Positions 26,089-64,000 of a stretch of DNA of 64,000 bases are shown piece after piece. Position 1 is the first letter of the stretch; every line of letters starts with the position of its first letter. Made by a program: the position numbers and the translations under genes. Source of the stretch: Tubiluchus corallicola (lineage: Eukaryota; Animalia; Priapulida); NCBI GenBank assembly GCA_030141605.1, contig JAQGDQ010000616.1, positions 62,001 through 126,000 on the forward strand, in the 5' to 3' direction. Under the pieces are notes generated by a model. It did no database searches, was not told the DNA's origin, and was given only the letters and a program-made list of their open reading frames with translations.

Positions 26089-26349
26089 CACATGTATGTA
26101 GTATATAAATGGTGATATAACATGATGACACAAATATCAACTTTGCAAACGTTAGACAATACATGTCAACCATAATCCACATGTATTATATAAATGGTGA
26201 TATAACATGATGACACGAATATCAACTTTGCAAACGTTAGACAATACATGTCAACCATAATCCACATGTATTATATAAATGGTGATGTAACTTGAAGACA
26301 CAAATATCAGCTTTGCAGGTATTAGAGGATACATGTCAACACTAATCCA
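26089..26349. repeat. 85-bp tandem repeat, 3 copies
   Basis: TATATAAATGGTGAT at 26102, 26187 and 26272. Confidence 0.9.
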
Positions 26350-27237
26350 TTGCATCATTGAAAAAGAGTGGAATGACAAGAAAATTTCACCAATAGCTGG
26401 CTATAAATGAACACGTTTTGGTTGCTATGCAACCGCTTCTCCTGGCTAAGTTATTACATTTATATGGCATAAAATCATATAAATTGCAACACGAAACTGA
26501 CAACAAAAGAATGAATGGCGTATGTATGATTATTTAGACACAATTAGCTTCGAATTTTTGGTGTTTCATTATTTTCATATAGCTTAATACTTTGTGCTGT
26601 GCAAGTAAGTATGTTGAGTATTTAAAAGTAACATAAATGTTCAAAAAACATTTATAAATTTAAAGCTATATAAAAAGCAGTTATGTCGTAATTAGGTAAT
26701 ATAAGAAATCAGTGATATGTTTTAACTTTTAAGCTAATGTTCGTGTAGACCTCATCTTCATAACCAGCTTTACTAGATGGCAAAAGTTTTGATAAGTTTG
26801 ACAGTTGTTTACATTTTGGAAGCACATGTAGCGCACACAAAACTTTGATATGTATTAAACAGAGAAGCACTTTAAGATGGATGCTCATATTTAAAAAGCT
26901 ATTGGCAACATCACATCGCAGAAAATTTCAATAGACAAAATCTTCAATGCGACAAAATAAAACAACTTGACATAAAAAATCTAAACTTATACAATACGCT
27001 AAATAATAAGTCATGCAATATGTTACTGACTAAAGTAGAAATGTTGTCCAAAAATATTATGCTTTTATTTTGTACTTAAGTAGAAGTTATGCATTATGAA
27101 TTGTTTGCAGGTCGGTTGGACTCTCACATAACTGTACATAAGAAATGTGAATTTTCATAGCTCTTTCTCCGTGTACTTTGAATTGTGATTGTGGATTGTG
27201 ATTTATGTTGTTTTTGTTCAAACAATAATACTGTATT

Positions 27238-28905
27238 TTATACGGGAAGATCTTCTAGCCTGACGGGGCGGCATGCCCTCTGTAAATTCTGCACATTCAG
27301 TTCCTCTGGTGCTTGATTATGTGTACAATAAGCAGGCAAGCTCGTCCGTCGATCCAAGGAACTTGCATCCTCTGATGCCAGAAGTGGCATCACTTTTGAA
27401 CTCGGACGGAGTTGAGCAATACTCTTTGTCCTCCTGGTCACCCAGTCGGTCATTGTCTCCTCCTTTGGCCTCCGCTGTATCATCTGCACGATCACCGAGC
27501 GTAGTATCCGCGGAATCTCGGGAATGGGAGGATCCCGGACAAGAAGCGCCCGAAACATGGTTATGACCTGCCCGCTCTCATGCGGGGAAACTTTTGAGCA
27601 AAGATCTTTTAGTTCAAGTCGTTCCACTGGCTGCATCTCATAAGACTTTGGCAGTGTGGTGATCAGCCAAGAATAATCCACTGTTTGTGCTCTTCGCCTG
27701 AATTATGAAAATAAAAAACATTTACGTTTCTGAACTGAATCTGTCACAGCAAGGAAGTGAATGCACTTCATTGAAGTTTTGACCTCTAACCTTTGTCCTT
27801 TTGTGTCCATATTTTCAGGTAACCTTGACCTCTGACCTTTGTGTTTTATCTCAATGTTTATGTCACCAGAACCCTCATTCTTTCACCTTGACATCATATA
27901 GGTAGACAGAAAAAAATTACCAATTAATCTCTCGTTTTTCTCCTCAGAAGTGCAAATAGACTGTCGAATGTTGCTTTGGAATAACAGAATTAGGAGCAAC
28001 CATTTTTCGTATGAAAAGAATAAATAAAAAGCAGGGCATTGATCTTAAAACTTCACTTTTCCATATTTATGTAAGAAAGTATTATAAATAGCGAATAGCA
28101 ACACTTTAAATTTGTAACAACCATTTTCTAAGTTCGATCATAGACAGACGACCCTTAAACTATGATTTTATATTACCATGTTATTTTGGAAAGACATCGT
28201 CATGTTTAGCAACATTAGCATCAGCTATTTGCTACACAATTGCTCTAGATTGATGGATGGATGGATGGATGGATGGATGGATGGATGGATGGACAAACAA
28301 ATGCGGTGACTGTAACACCTTTTGGCTTTTTATGCAGCAATGATGCCAGCGATTAACCGAATAGTTACTGTGAGCAATTACTAGCGACCAAAGTTAAGCA
28401 CCACCGAGTCTGGTTAGCAAATGGATGGGTGACCATCAAGATGAAAACTAGTTCTGGTGTTTCCATCTACTGTACTACTCATGGCTGTATATCTCATCGA
28501 GGGAAGGTGCAGATACATGCGTGTATAGATCACACTCCTTTGCTGACTCATCTCATCTCATCATTGTCTCATCTCAGAGATAATTCTAAGTTACAGTCCT
28601 GCCACAACCTTTAAATATTAAGTAGTCTACCACTGAGTAATGTTTCTAAAAATATTTTTATCGAGCAAACAACTAAGATAAACTAATGACTGTTAAATTT
28701 TCTTGGAATGAGTACGTGGGTTTCAAAACCAGTACATGCCAGCCGCCCACCTTTCCTCTATTTCCTTTTCTCTTTGTCTTTCTTCTGCTTCCTTTATCTG
28801 AGCATCCAGTTCCATGAGGAGTGACTCCGCAATGACGACACTCTCGGGTTTCTCCGGTGGCCGGGCATCCCCATATACGGCAGACTTGAACCACGAGAGT
28901 GACAT
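27238..28905 (-). CDS. RD3: RD3 (retinal degeneration 3)-family protein, 2 coding exons, 204 aa
   Basis: Exons 28905-28751 and 27697-27238 (phase-2 GT-AG): MSLSWF...ESLLMELDAQIKEAEERQREKE...VDYSWL...YEMQPVERLELKDLCSKVSPHESGQVITMFR, matching RD3 signatures LMMEL, VDYSWL and ERLQLEDVC. Confidence 0.88.
28252..28292. repeat. (GATG)n microsatellite
   Basis: Directly visible. Confidence 0.95.
28387..28440 (+). mobile_element. 5S rRNA-derived SINE fragment (second copy at 2281-2325)
   Basis: AAGTTAAGCA...CTGGTTAGCAAATGGATGGGTGACC resembles the 5S internal control region. Partial only, not a full 5S gene. Confidence 0.55.
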
Positions 28906-29660
28906 CTCTGTAACTGCAAAAAAAATGATAGAATGAAAGTACTTTTGGTGAAAACGGAAAATGGAAACAGCAAGATTTGAACTCATCTATAATATTTGTT
29001 TGGGTATTAATTTGCTTTTGTCTATTGTCTTGTTTGTTTGTTTTTGTGTGTTTGTTTTTTGTTTGTTTGCTTGTTTGTTGTTTATTTGCTTGCCTGCTTG
29101 TTTGCTTGCTTGCTTATTTGTTTGGTTGCTTGTTAATTAATAAGTACTTTACAATTATGTACGGATTTACTCATGATTGCCTCAGTAGAGAACTTTACTT
29201 TTAGCAACGAGAAAAAAAATCGTGTTTAGCAAAATCTGCTTTTTTACTGCATCAAACACAGGGCCTAATAATGTTGCTAACACACCACATACAGTTTACT
29301 TACTGGTATGCTAACGTGAACTAACCGACACTGAGTTCTGGGAACTTCTGACCAGTAGAACGGGCATCAAAATGAATTACGTAAATAAATAACATACAAT
29401 AGTCATTCTTTGTCAACTGTGATAAGATCCAACTCGCAAATATGACGCTGTTTACATTATTGTAGACTGTACAAAACTCACTTAAGAAAATTTAATGGCT
29501 CTTAGATGCCTTGTAACTTGTAATGAAGTAACATGTCTTAAATATTCACAGCCGTCTAGCACGATGCAAAACGTCAGGCTCTCGTTCACGGGTTGCTGAA
29601 CAGTAATTGCAAAAGATTTTTCTGGGTAGATTCACCTGTTTCAGCTGCTCTCCGGATGCG

Positions 29661-29674
29661 GTTACCATGGAAAC
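29661..29674. promoter_or_regulatory. RFX X-box upstream of RD3-like gene
   Basis: GTTACCATGGAAAC (reverse GTTTCCATGGTAAC) fits the 14-bp X-box consensus. It lies ~760 bp upstream of the RD3 ATG, beside a candidate non-coding exon donor (CAG/GTGAAT, minus strand, 29635). Confidence 0.6.
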
Positions 29675-30179
29675 GGATTCCATGCGAGCTGCCTAATGAT
29701 TAGATGTTTATCGACGCGTAGTGGTTTTACCAAGGGTTTCATCTGAAGACAGTCATCACGCGCGACAGCTAACCTTAATTAATTCACGAAATCAATAAAG
29801 AAATATTTAATTTTATGTTTCATATGACTGACAGGTTATATAATTGCAGACTTGGCGTCTGTTAAATATGGGCATATGCAAAGTTAGGTGCTTATTAACT
29901 GTAACGCAAATACTAAAAACTAGTTGAAAATTTTAATTGTCCTCCATGTAAAAATAAGATTGTACTGATTGTATACCTGTGGTTTCAGGCAACCTTGTGG
30001 ATTTTAATGACGTAGGCCCTATAAACTGCAGAGTTATAGTTAAGTGGGGTTTACCTAGCGTACCCGGAATGCGTAAACATTACGCACCTGCGGAATAACT
30101 GCAGGATAAAAAATCAATAGGAAATAGCTGCAGAAAAAAAATAACGCAGATCTAATAAACGGGTATATTGAAAATAATA

Positions 30180-30262
30180 CAGTGGACTCTCGTTATAAGA
30201 ATCACCTCGGGAGAAGGCAAAGTGATTCTTATACGTGTGATTCTTGTAACGAGAGTCCACTG
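30180..30262. mobile_element. 83-bp Tc1/mariner-pogo (Tigger-like) MITE
   Basis: Perfect 16-bp TIR CAGTGGACTCTCGTTA / TAACGAGAGTCCACTG, extending with a mismatch, flanked by TA on both sides. Confidence 0.85.
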
Positions 30263-31360
30263 TATAAACCGATTTTATCTATTTCGCACCCCGAAAACGC
30301 ATACGCATGTCGCATGCTAGGTACTAAACTTCTACTAAAACGCTACTAAACTTCCCAGAATATTAACTAAACTTAACTTACCAGTACTGGTAAAGTCATA
30401 AAGTACATAACACTATTAACAAGCAGTGTAAAAATGATATTAAACTACCAGTTAAAATAACTACAGTCTACAAAAACGATGTTTTTATGGTCGCTTAGTT
30501 ACTTTTGATTACACTACAAGTAACTCAATCACACGTCATGACAAAAACGTAATAGATCTACAGACTACGGTGTGTTTAGAAACTTAAAATTTTAATGCAG
30601 CAAATGAAATCCCGAATTCGTAAACTACAGTAAAGCCAATCAAACTCATGGGCCAAATAATTCAAAATGCAACAAAATATTCCAGAACCCCATATTGTTG
30701 AAGCCATTTTTGGTACAGGTGTTATGAGTATCACTTGCAGCTGTTAGTTTACAAATAAACTATAATATACTATATAAATCTTACACACTAAAGAAATATA
30801 TTAAAAAGTCAAGCATTGTATGAACTCTTGTCTTTGAAGTTTGTTATACATCTTACGATAATAAATATAATAATTAGCTAGGTGGCCTAATTAATACTGA
30901 AAATATTACGTCGGTTATCATGGTACATCGAACTAAAATAAATACGAAAATTACATTTTCCATAAGACCTAGAATAGACCTAACTTTTCATAGCGCAAAA
31001 AACCTGCAAATAATCAAATTTATTATTTTTTTACTATTATTCGTCTTATAGGTAATATTTGCACAACTTACTCGGTTATTTTGGTATTAATAAATCTGAC
31101 ATGGCCCCACTGCGAGTTCACAACAAGGTGTGCTTGGTGTCAGCAAGCCATCACATTCTAAACAATCTGTTAATATGCTTCACACAATCTGCTAGAAACC
31201 CCATCGTGACACGGACACGTTCCCGGCAACTTGAGTCTGCTGCAACGGGTTTCTTTGTTAGCCACGCCTTTGAATAGTACAACGCACACGATTGGATGCC
31301 TGAATGGCAAGCTAGTCAAATCAGAATAACGGGTACTCATGAGCCATCACAATAAACAAT

Positions 31361-34300
31361 ATGGCCGGGGGACAGCATGATGAAACTGTAACTGTTCAAA
31401 AACAAATTCAGCAAGATTGGGCTAATAGAGAATACATTGAAGTGATAACTGGGAGCATTAAGAAGATCGCCGATTTTTTGAACTCCTTTGGTTAGTTTTT
31501 AGTTCATGGAATTGTCTCCCAAGTAACGCAATAGTTTTAAAGAACATATCATAGTTAAGTGAAATTAAAAAGTGTAATGGGAGCGGCGCGCTCACCGTAT
31601 AAGGTTTTTAATACTTCGGTTATGTTTTTCCATGAGAAGTATTTGATTGGAGCATCTTCACAAAACTGGGCTAGTATTATTGTACGAAATTATACTATTA
31701 CTATTTAGCATTATGATAATACTTTGGCATGAAGGACGCTATTAGTATAATGCTAGCCCAGTTTTGTGCTGTACCAGACTATACGAGACTCCTGCTTCTT
31801 GTTCGTCACACTAGTTAGTTATAACGTTATCAATGTGTGGTTGTATACCCTTAAAATAACAGTATATTATCAAGTCATGCGACAATGAAAATACTAGTGA
31901 TGGTGCTGCAGCATGGATTTTAAATTACTGTGTATACGGTATTTGTATTCATTTCCGGTACACCATCTGGCAGTGTGCCAAATGACCTAATTTACATACT
32001 CTGCTAAGTGACTGTTTTCACAGTATTACACATCTGCTTGTTGGTTGAAATTCACCGTTTAGATTCCTTAGTAAAATACTGCTAGCTTGATATTTTGCAG
32101 GTAGTTTACCAGTCAGATACTCAAATAGTTGCTAAAACGAATCCTGCTGCAAGCCTGTAACAACAAAATTTTATTTATAGCTTAGCTAAAATAAGCCTAG
32201 CTTGGTGGTTGACTTTGGTAACTTTTAGTTTTTCGCCACCCTTTCACCAATCACTTGAATATCATTAACTCAGATAATTTATTCATTTAATAATCTCGTC
32301 ACTTTGTATTATATTATCGTTTCATGCTTTGTGTTTTTCTTGTAAAAAAGGTGATAAATAAAGATACTTACTTACTTACTAAAGTTCAATAATTTCCTTT
32401 AGCCCAACATGCGCTGACCGTACAAACCATATAAAATATTTTTGAAGCACACAGCAATCAAAACCTATTGAGACTAAATAAAAAAAGTTCCTGTTGTGTT
32501 TTGTTTCTCTCGGAAAGCTCGTAGAGAAAACCAGAAAACACTTCATCAAATTAAACTAGTTTATTAAGCGAGAATTCTACAACACAAAAGTATGAAGGAA
32601 CATGAAATGATTACACTAAACGTGAAAATCTGGAAAACGTTTGAGTGTATCTGAAAATGTAAGTATACAAGAGAATGTGTAAGTGGCATCCGTGTGCTCC
32701 CCTCTCAGCGGCCTGCTTCGCCTTATATAGAGCGCCCAAGTTGCTTCCAGAAGTTTTGTTCCAGAACATTCCACACGGTAAGATGATCATTCCAACGGAA
32801 CATTCTACAATGTTCCATGTAATTCTAATAGACGCCAGCGATCTCCACAACAGTTCCTTTGTATACATTGTCATCATCTTTTATATGCATTTCAGTCCTC
32901 TTGGGGATATGTCAAAGAACGATAATATGGAATAGTGGAACGTTGAAAACCATTAAAAAGATAATCAAAGAGGATTTATAAAATTACCTGCTCTGCATCC
33001 ATACTTATGGATCTGTTTTTGCTTTTTCGTTAGATATGTCTTGCCGTGCCAGATTAGCAACTTTGAATGAAAAGCTCACCGACCTTGAAAGAAGAATTGA
33101 ATATCTAGAAGCACGGGTAAAATATTTAAGCAATTTCATCTTGTATTTTGCTAAAACTTGTACGAAACCTGATGGCTTGGAGAAACATCGTAATTTCTGC
33201 CCAGCTAGCTGTAGAACCTGCACAGCAGCTTCTGATGCGAAAGGATTTCAGCTGAAGAACTTTTTATTTTAACTCCTTCAGGACCGCACGATTCAAAATA
33301 GGTTGTATAAGACCTATGTCTTTTCTGCTACTGTATGAGCACAGACATAGCTAAATGATTATAGATTAGGTCAGGGGTGTGCAAATTTTGGCTGGCCGAG
33401 AGAATTTGTGCAGCCCGCGAAGAGATTTGTCAACCTAATGAAAGTGCGGCCTGGGCGATTAATTGAGTGTATCCAGCTGAAGTCCGTGCCACGATACCAA
33501 AGATAGTGTGGTTAGTTTTTTCTACTAGATCGGATGCCATTAACCCTTACAAGATGGTTGTAACTTAATGTCACTGTACTACACAGACTGTGTGACACAC
33601 ATTACTAATATGCATTGTAATGAAATTACCACTATCTGTCCTGAAAGTAGAAATATATGGTTTGTAATATAAATTTTAATAACTTCTAAAATAGTTTCTT
33701 GAGTGTAGTAGTAATGATGTACGCAGGTCGGATGCAAAAAATCGTTATTAGGCCTTTCTGTACTTGGCTCCTTCATCAAACTGCCTGTGGCCCGCAGGAA
33801 TTGCGGGAAAGTTTAATGTGGCCCAGCTAGTCAGATAATTTGCACTCCCCTGGATTATATACTGTTAGGAATCACAGCTATCCAATCATATTATTTGTTT
33901 AAACATTTATAGGTCATTTCATTACATTAAATTAAGAAAAACACGCACTTTTCAGTTACTCCAACTTAGCCTATTGAGTAGTTTTGTCTGGTGTACGCTT
34001 GCGTGAATGTACACACTATTTTATTGATCGCCTGCTTGCTACAGCCCAAGCTGTGCAGTGTTCTGCTGATATTCCAGGAAAAACCAACCGATCGGCCAAT
34101 GAGAAATTAGGGTTGTTTCTTCTTTTAACAGGAATTTAACAGGTGCGACAATTTACCAAGTGTTCAAATTGTCTTGGCTAAATTTAAAAATTCGTAGAGC
34201 TGGGAAGTTTATTTGTTATTGATTTTATTTAATATTTTATTATCTAATTAAGTGCACAAAGCAATTAAATCATATGATATCGATCATGACACCTTAATTA

Positions 34301-34835
34301 ATTTTGCTCCATTATCATTTTCAGACGTCTGCGTCCTACATTGTCTATTTCATGAACATTAATTGTTTTAAATGCATAATAGGTATTACCTGCTATTTTT
34401 TTGTATTACAAATGAATAATTGGTATTAATTGCCGTTTTTTGTATTATAAGTCTTTACTTAAAAATTTAAGGTACCCTTTTATTTTCATACAGCAATAAT
34501 TGTATACCACTCAGATTGGAAACAGGACGGTTGTTTTACTTGAATTAGGTACAGCGCACGAGAACCGCCCCGGACACTTATTTTAATGGCATCAGGGATT
34601 CAGGGTCTGACTAGATCGTGTTGTCCTCGCCACCTGTTGTTAAAATCATTAACTAGTGGCATAATGGATCTGATATTGAAACTGGTCATAGAACGTGTCA
34701 TATGTGGCTAATGGTGCATTTTGCCAACTCATTTGTTTTTTAAGGAAATAATATAATGTACAGTTTTTTGTGTTTGCGTAGTTCAAAATTATTTTGTATA
34801 TATCTTAGGTGACTAAAGGTGAAACGTTAACTTGA
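31361..34835 (+). CDS. BRK1: BRICK1/HSPC300, WAVE/SCAR complex subunit, 3 exons, 79 aa
   Basis: Exons 31361-31490, 33034-33116, 34809-34835 give [79 protein letters not shown]. Confidence 0.97.
31659..31768. repeat. Short inverted repeat / probable MITE in BRK1 intron 1
   Basis: CACAAAACTGGGCTAGTATTAT ... ATAATGCTAGCCCAGTTTTGTG (22-bp arms, 1 mismatch). Confidence 0.7.
33372..33852. mobile_element. hAT (Charlie-like) MITE
   Basis: TIRs CAGGGGTGTGCAAATT / AATTTGCACTCCCCTG, internal GCCCGC motifs, flanks GATTAGGT/GATTATAT. Confidence 0.75.
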
Positions 34836-36940
34836 TCCTGAATGAAGAAACATGGTGTGTGTCAACATGAGTCCACTTTTCTACATGTAGTTCAGTTTTG
34901 CTATTTATTTTCTGTTCAAAGTGTGACATCAGTTAACTAAAACAAATACAGTCAACCCTCATTAAACTGGACTAATGGGAGGGGTGGGTGGTCCGGTTTA
35001 GCCGATTGTCCGATTTATCCGATATGCCTATATATGGTCATATATATTCATATATTCTATATATGCCAGAAATTAATTTTTGTTTTAGTCATTTAGTATG
35101 GTAAATGAAGAATCATTGAAATACAATTAGATACTTTAAAACTATTGCAGTTTTCTGTTAACACATTATGATTTGCATAGACTAAGCTGTTATAGTTAAA
35201 CTCTTATATATTAACTAGTACCTTAAACTGTATATTGAATTTGACAGTCATTTGCTAATGGATAATATTATGATAATAAGTAAGCGGTCGTAATCTTTAA
35301 GTTTTGAATGGAGTGACTAAAACTACACAGAGTTTGTAAACTGTCAATTGCTAATGAATACTATAATAAGTAAGCAGCTATAATTTTTAAGTTTCTTATG
35401 TAGTTGCTTGAATTGTACATATAAATTTGCATACAGCTAATTGCTGTATTTGCTAACAACGAATGACATTATTTGTTGTTGACTAACTGTGAAGTAAACA
35501 ATAACTGAAATATTAAAAAAGGTAAACAACTATTTTCATAATAATTTCTACATATTTAATAAGGTCTGAAAACCTTATTGTTAAATTTTCATAGACTGTT
35601 TTTTATAAACGTTTATTTGCCTTTAATTGCTTTTGGCAAGCAGCAAATAAATGCTGATCAAATTGCCTCGGGTTGCAAAATTAACAGGAAAAAAATCTAT
35701 CACAATTCCATTTGTTAATTAAGGTAATTAAAATGGTTAGATAAATCAATATATTGCTGTACCAAGTCAAATATGATGATGATGTTGTGTTCGTAACTTA
35801 GTAGAGAACTACCAGAAAGAAAAACTGACATTTTTAATTGTGGGTCAAGGTTATTTATATTAAAAGGTAATATGTTTGTTTGTTTGTTTGTTTGTTTATT
35901 ATTTCCCTTATTACTGTGAATGAAGTTGACTAGGACTATTAGTACTTTCTTCAAATTAAGGTTAGCCAGCTGGTCGCTGTGGTGCAAAATCATTGATTTT
36001 TTCTGTATTTCAAGTTATACAGATATATTATTACTAGTCATCAAATCTTGATTTATAAAAAATGCTACTGAAATATTAAACTGAAGTGTTTGTATAAACA
36101 GTTTATTATAATTAATTTCATATTCATTGTAATTTTATAATAATTTCATGATGAAACTGATACAGTTACATTCCTGGGAATTACATTTTACGACTCATAA
36201 AAAAGAGTTAGCATTATTATGCATTTACGCTATAAAAACATATTTATAAGGCACTTGTTTCAGCATATAGCAATATTGTATATACATTGTAGAGTTTACA
36301 ATAATAATATGTTTTTATCAAGTATGAAATATTTTGTTTTATTTGTGAATCGCAGAATTTATATATGATTTGTGTAGAGCAACATCCAGAGTGCATGCGT
36401 TACCGTGGAGATGTCTACTAACTTGTTACAAACTTTGTGTAAAAAAACATGCGCACAGAAGTAAAATATCAAAAATCAAAAGTTCGCATCCTTTACGCAG
36501 TTCCATGTAGAAGCAGTTCCGTGTAGAAGCATTCTCAATTATGGGCTTAATATTTGCAATTGGCCTGTACTAGCTTCGCAGAAAGTTTTCAAGTTTAGCA
36601 GCTTATAATGTTCTTCCTTCCTTGCAAATAGGTGACACCGCATGCATAATGTACTAAATTGACGCATCATTCAAGTAAATCATAAATTTGCATTTGACTC
36701 ATGTTGCAGTGTTGACTCATGTTGGCTATTAATGACAGTCATGTTGTTAGACTAAAATACCATATTAACTTGTAAGTAATAAACGCAGTACAAATTTCTC
36801 ACTAATTTTTGCAGTTGTTCACGACTAGATTCATTGAATTAAAGCACGTTTGTGGAAATTATAATGGTTGGTGTCACGAAAAACACTGAAGAGATCCCTC
36901 GGATGAACAATCGTGTTTGTTTATATAAAAAATTTCAGCA

Positions 36941-63536
<26,596 letters not shown>

Positions 63537-64000
63537 CTAAATAATAAAACATATTTATTTAGTGTGTGTATTTATTTACCATGTGTTTACCGTATAGCAC
63601 TTATAATATTAGTTCTATTAATGAAGTTATATATATATATATATATATGTAAGAAAATCTAGTAGCCTAAATCATTCTACAAGCAAGATTATCCAACATT
63701 CAGCTATAGGTCTAAATAATATGAATGTTTGTGTCAGGACCAAATGACCATCATTAAAAATGAAAGTCTAAACCAGTAAAGGTGTGTTATTTTCGTATAC
63801 ACACGCCGTTAATAATGTTACCAAGGACAATATGGCAGAAGAAATCACCGGAAAGCAGTTTTTAGAGAAATCACCAATCCATTTAATGAACAGAGTCACT
63901 GTTGCTTAACTTTGGTTGCTAAGCAAGCACCTTAGCCACTTGGCTTTTCCTGTTGCCTATAAAAAACAGATTATAATTGTTGACGTTGATGTGCTATCGT

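Overview
AT-rich, intron-containing animal (invertebrate-like) genomic DNA, not prokaryotic. Nine protein-coding genes were assembled by hand from splice signals and reading phase: the 5' part of a mitochondrial-type 10-formyltetrahydrofolate dehydrogenase (ALDH1L, -); a 4-exon EFCAB10-like gene (+, absent from the ORF track) whose 15.2-kb first intron contains three complete single-ORF genes (NIP7 -, MXRA7-like +, PRUNE +); TMEM187 (+); RD3-like (-); BRK1 (+); and 19 exons (~1285 aa) of an uncharacterised multi-FN3 protein with a C-terminal CxxS thioredoxin-like domain (-). Introns hold hAT and Tc1/pogo MITEs, LINE 3' ends, tRNA- and 5S-derived SINE fragments and many minisatellites. The most notable observations are the triple nested-gene intron, with possible host-stop/guest-start overlaps, and minisatellites that tandemly multiply real splice donors and acceptors in the FN3 gene. 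All family assignments are from recalled motifs; no searches were run.
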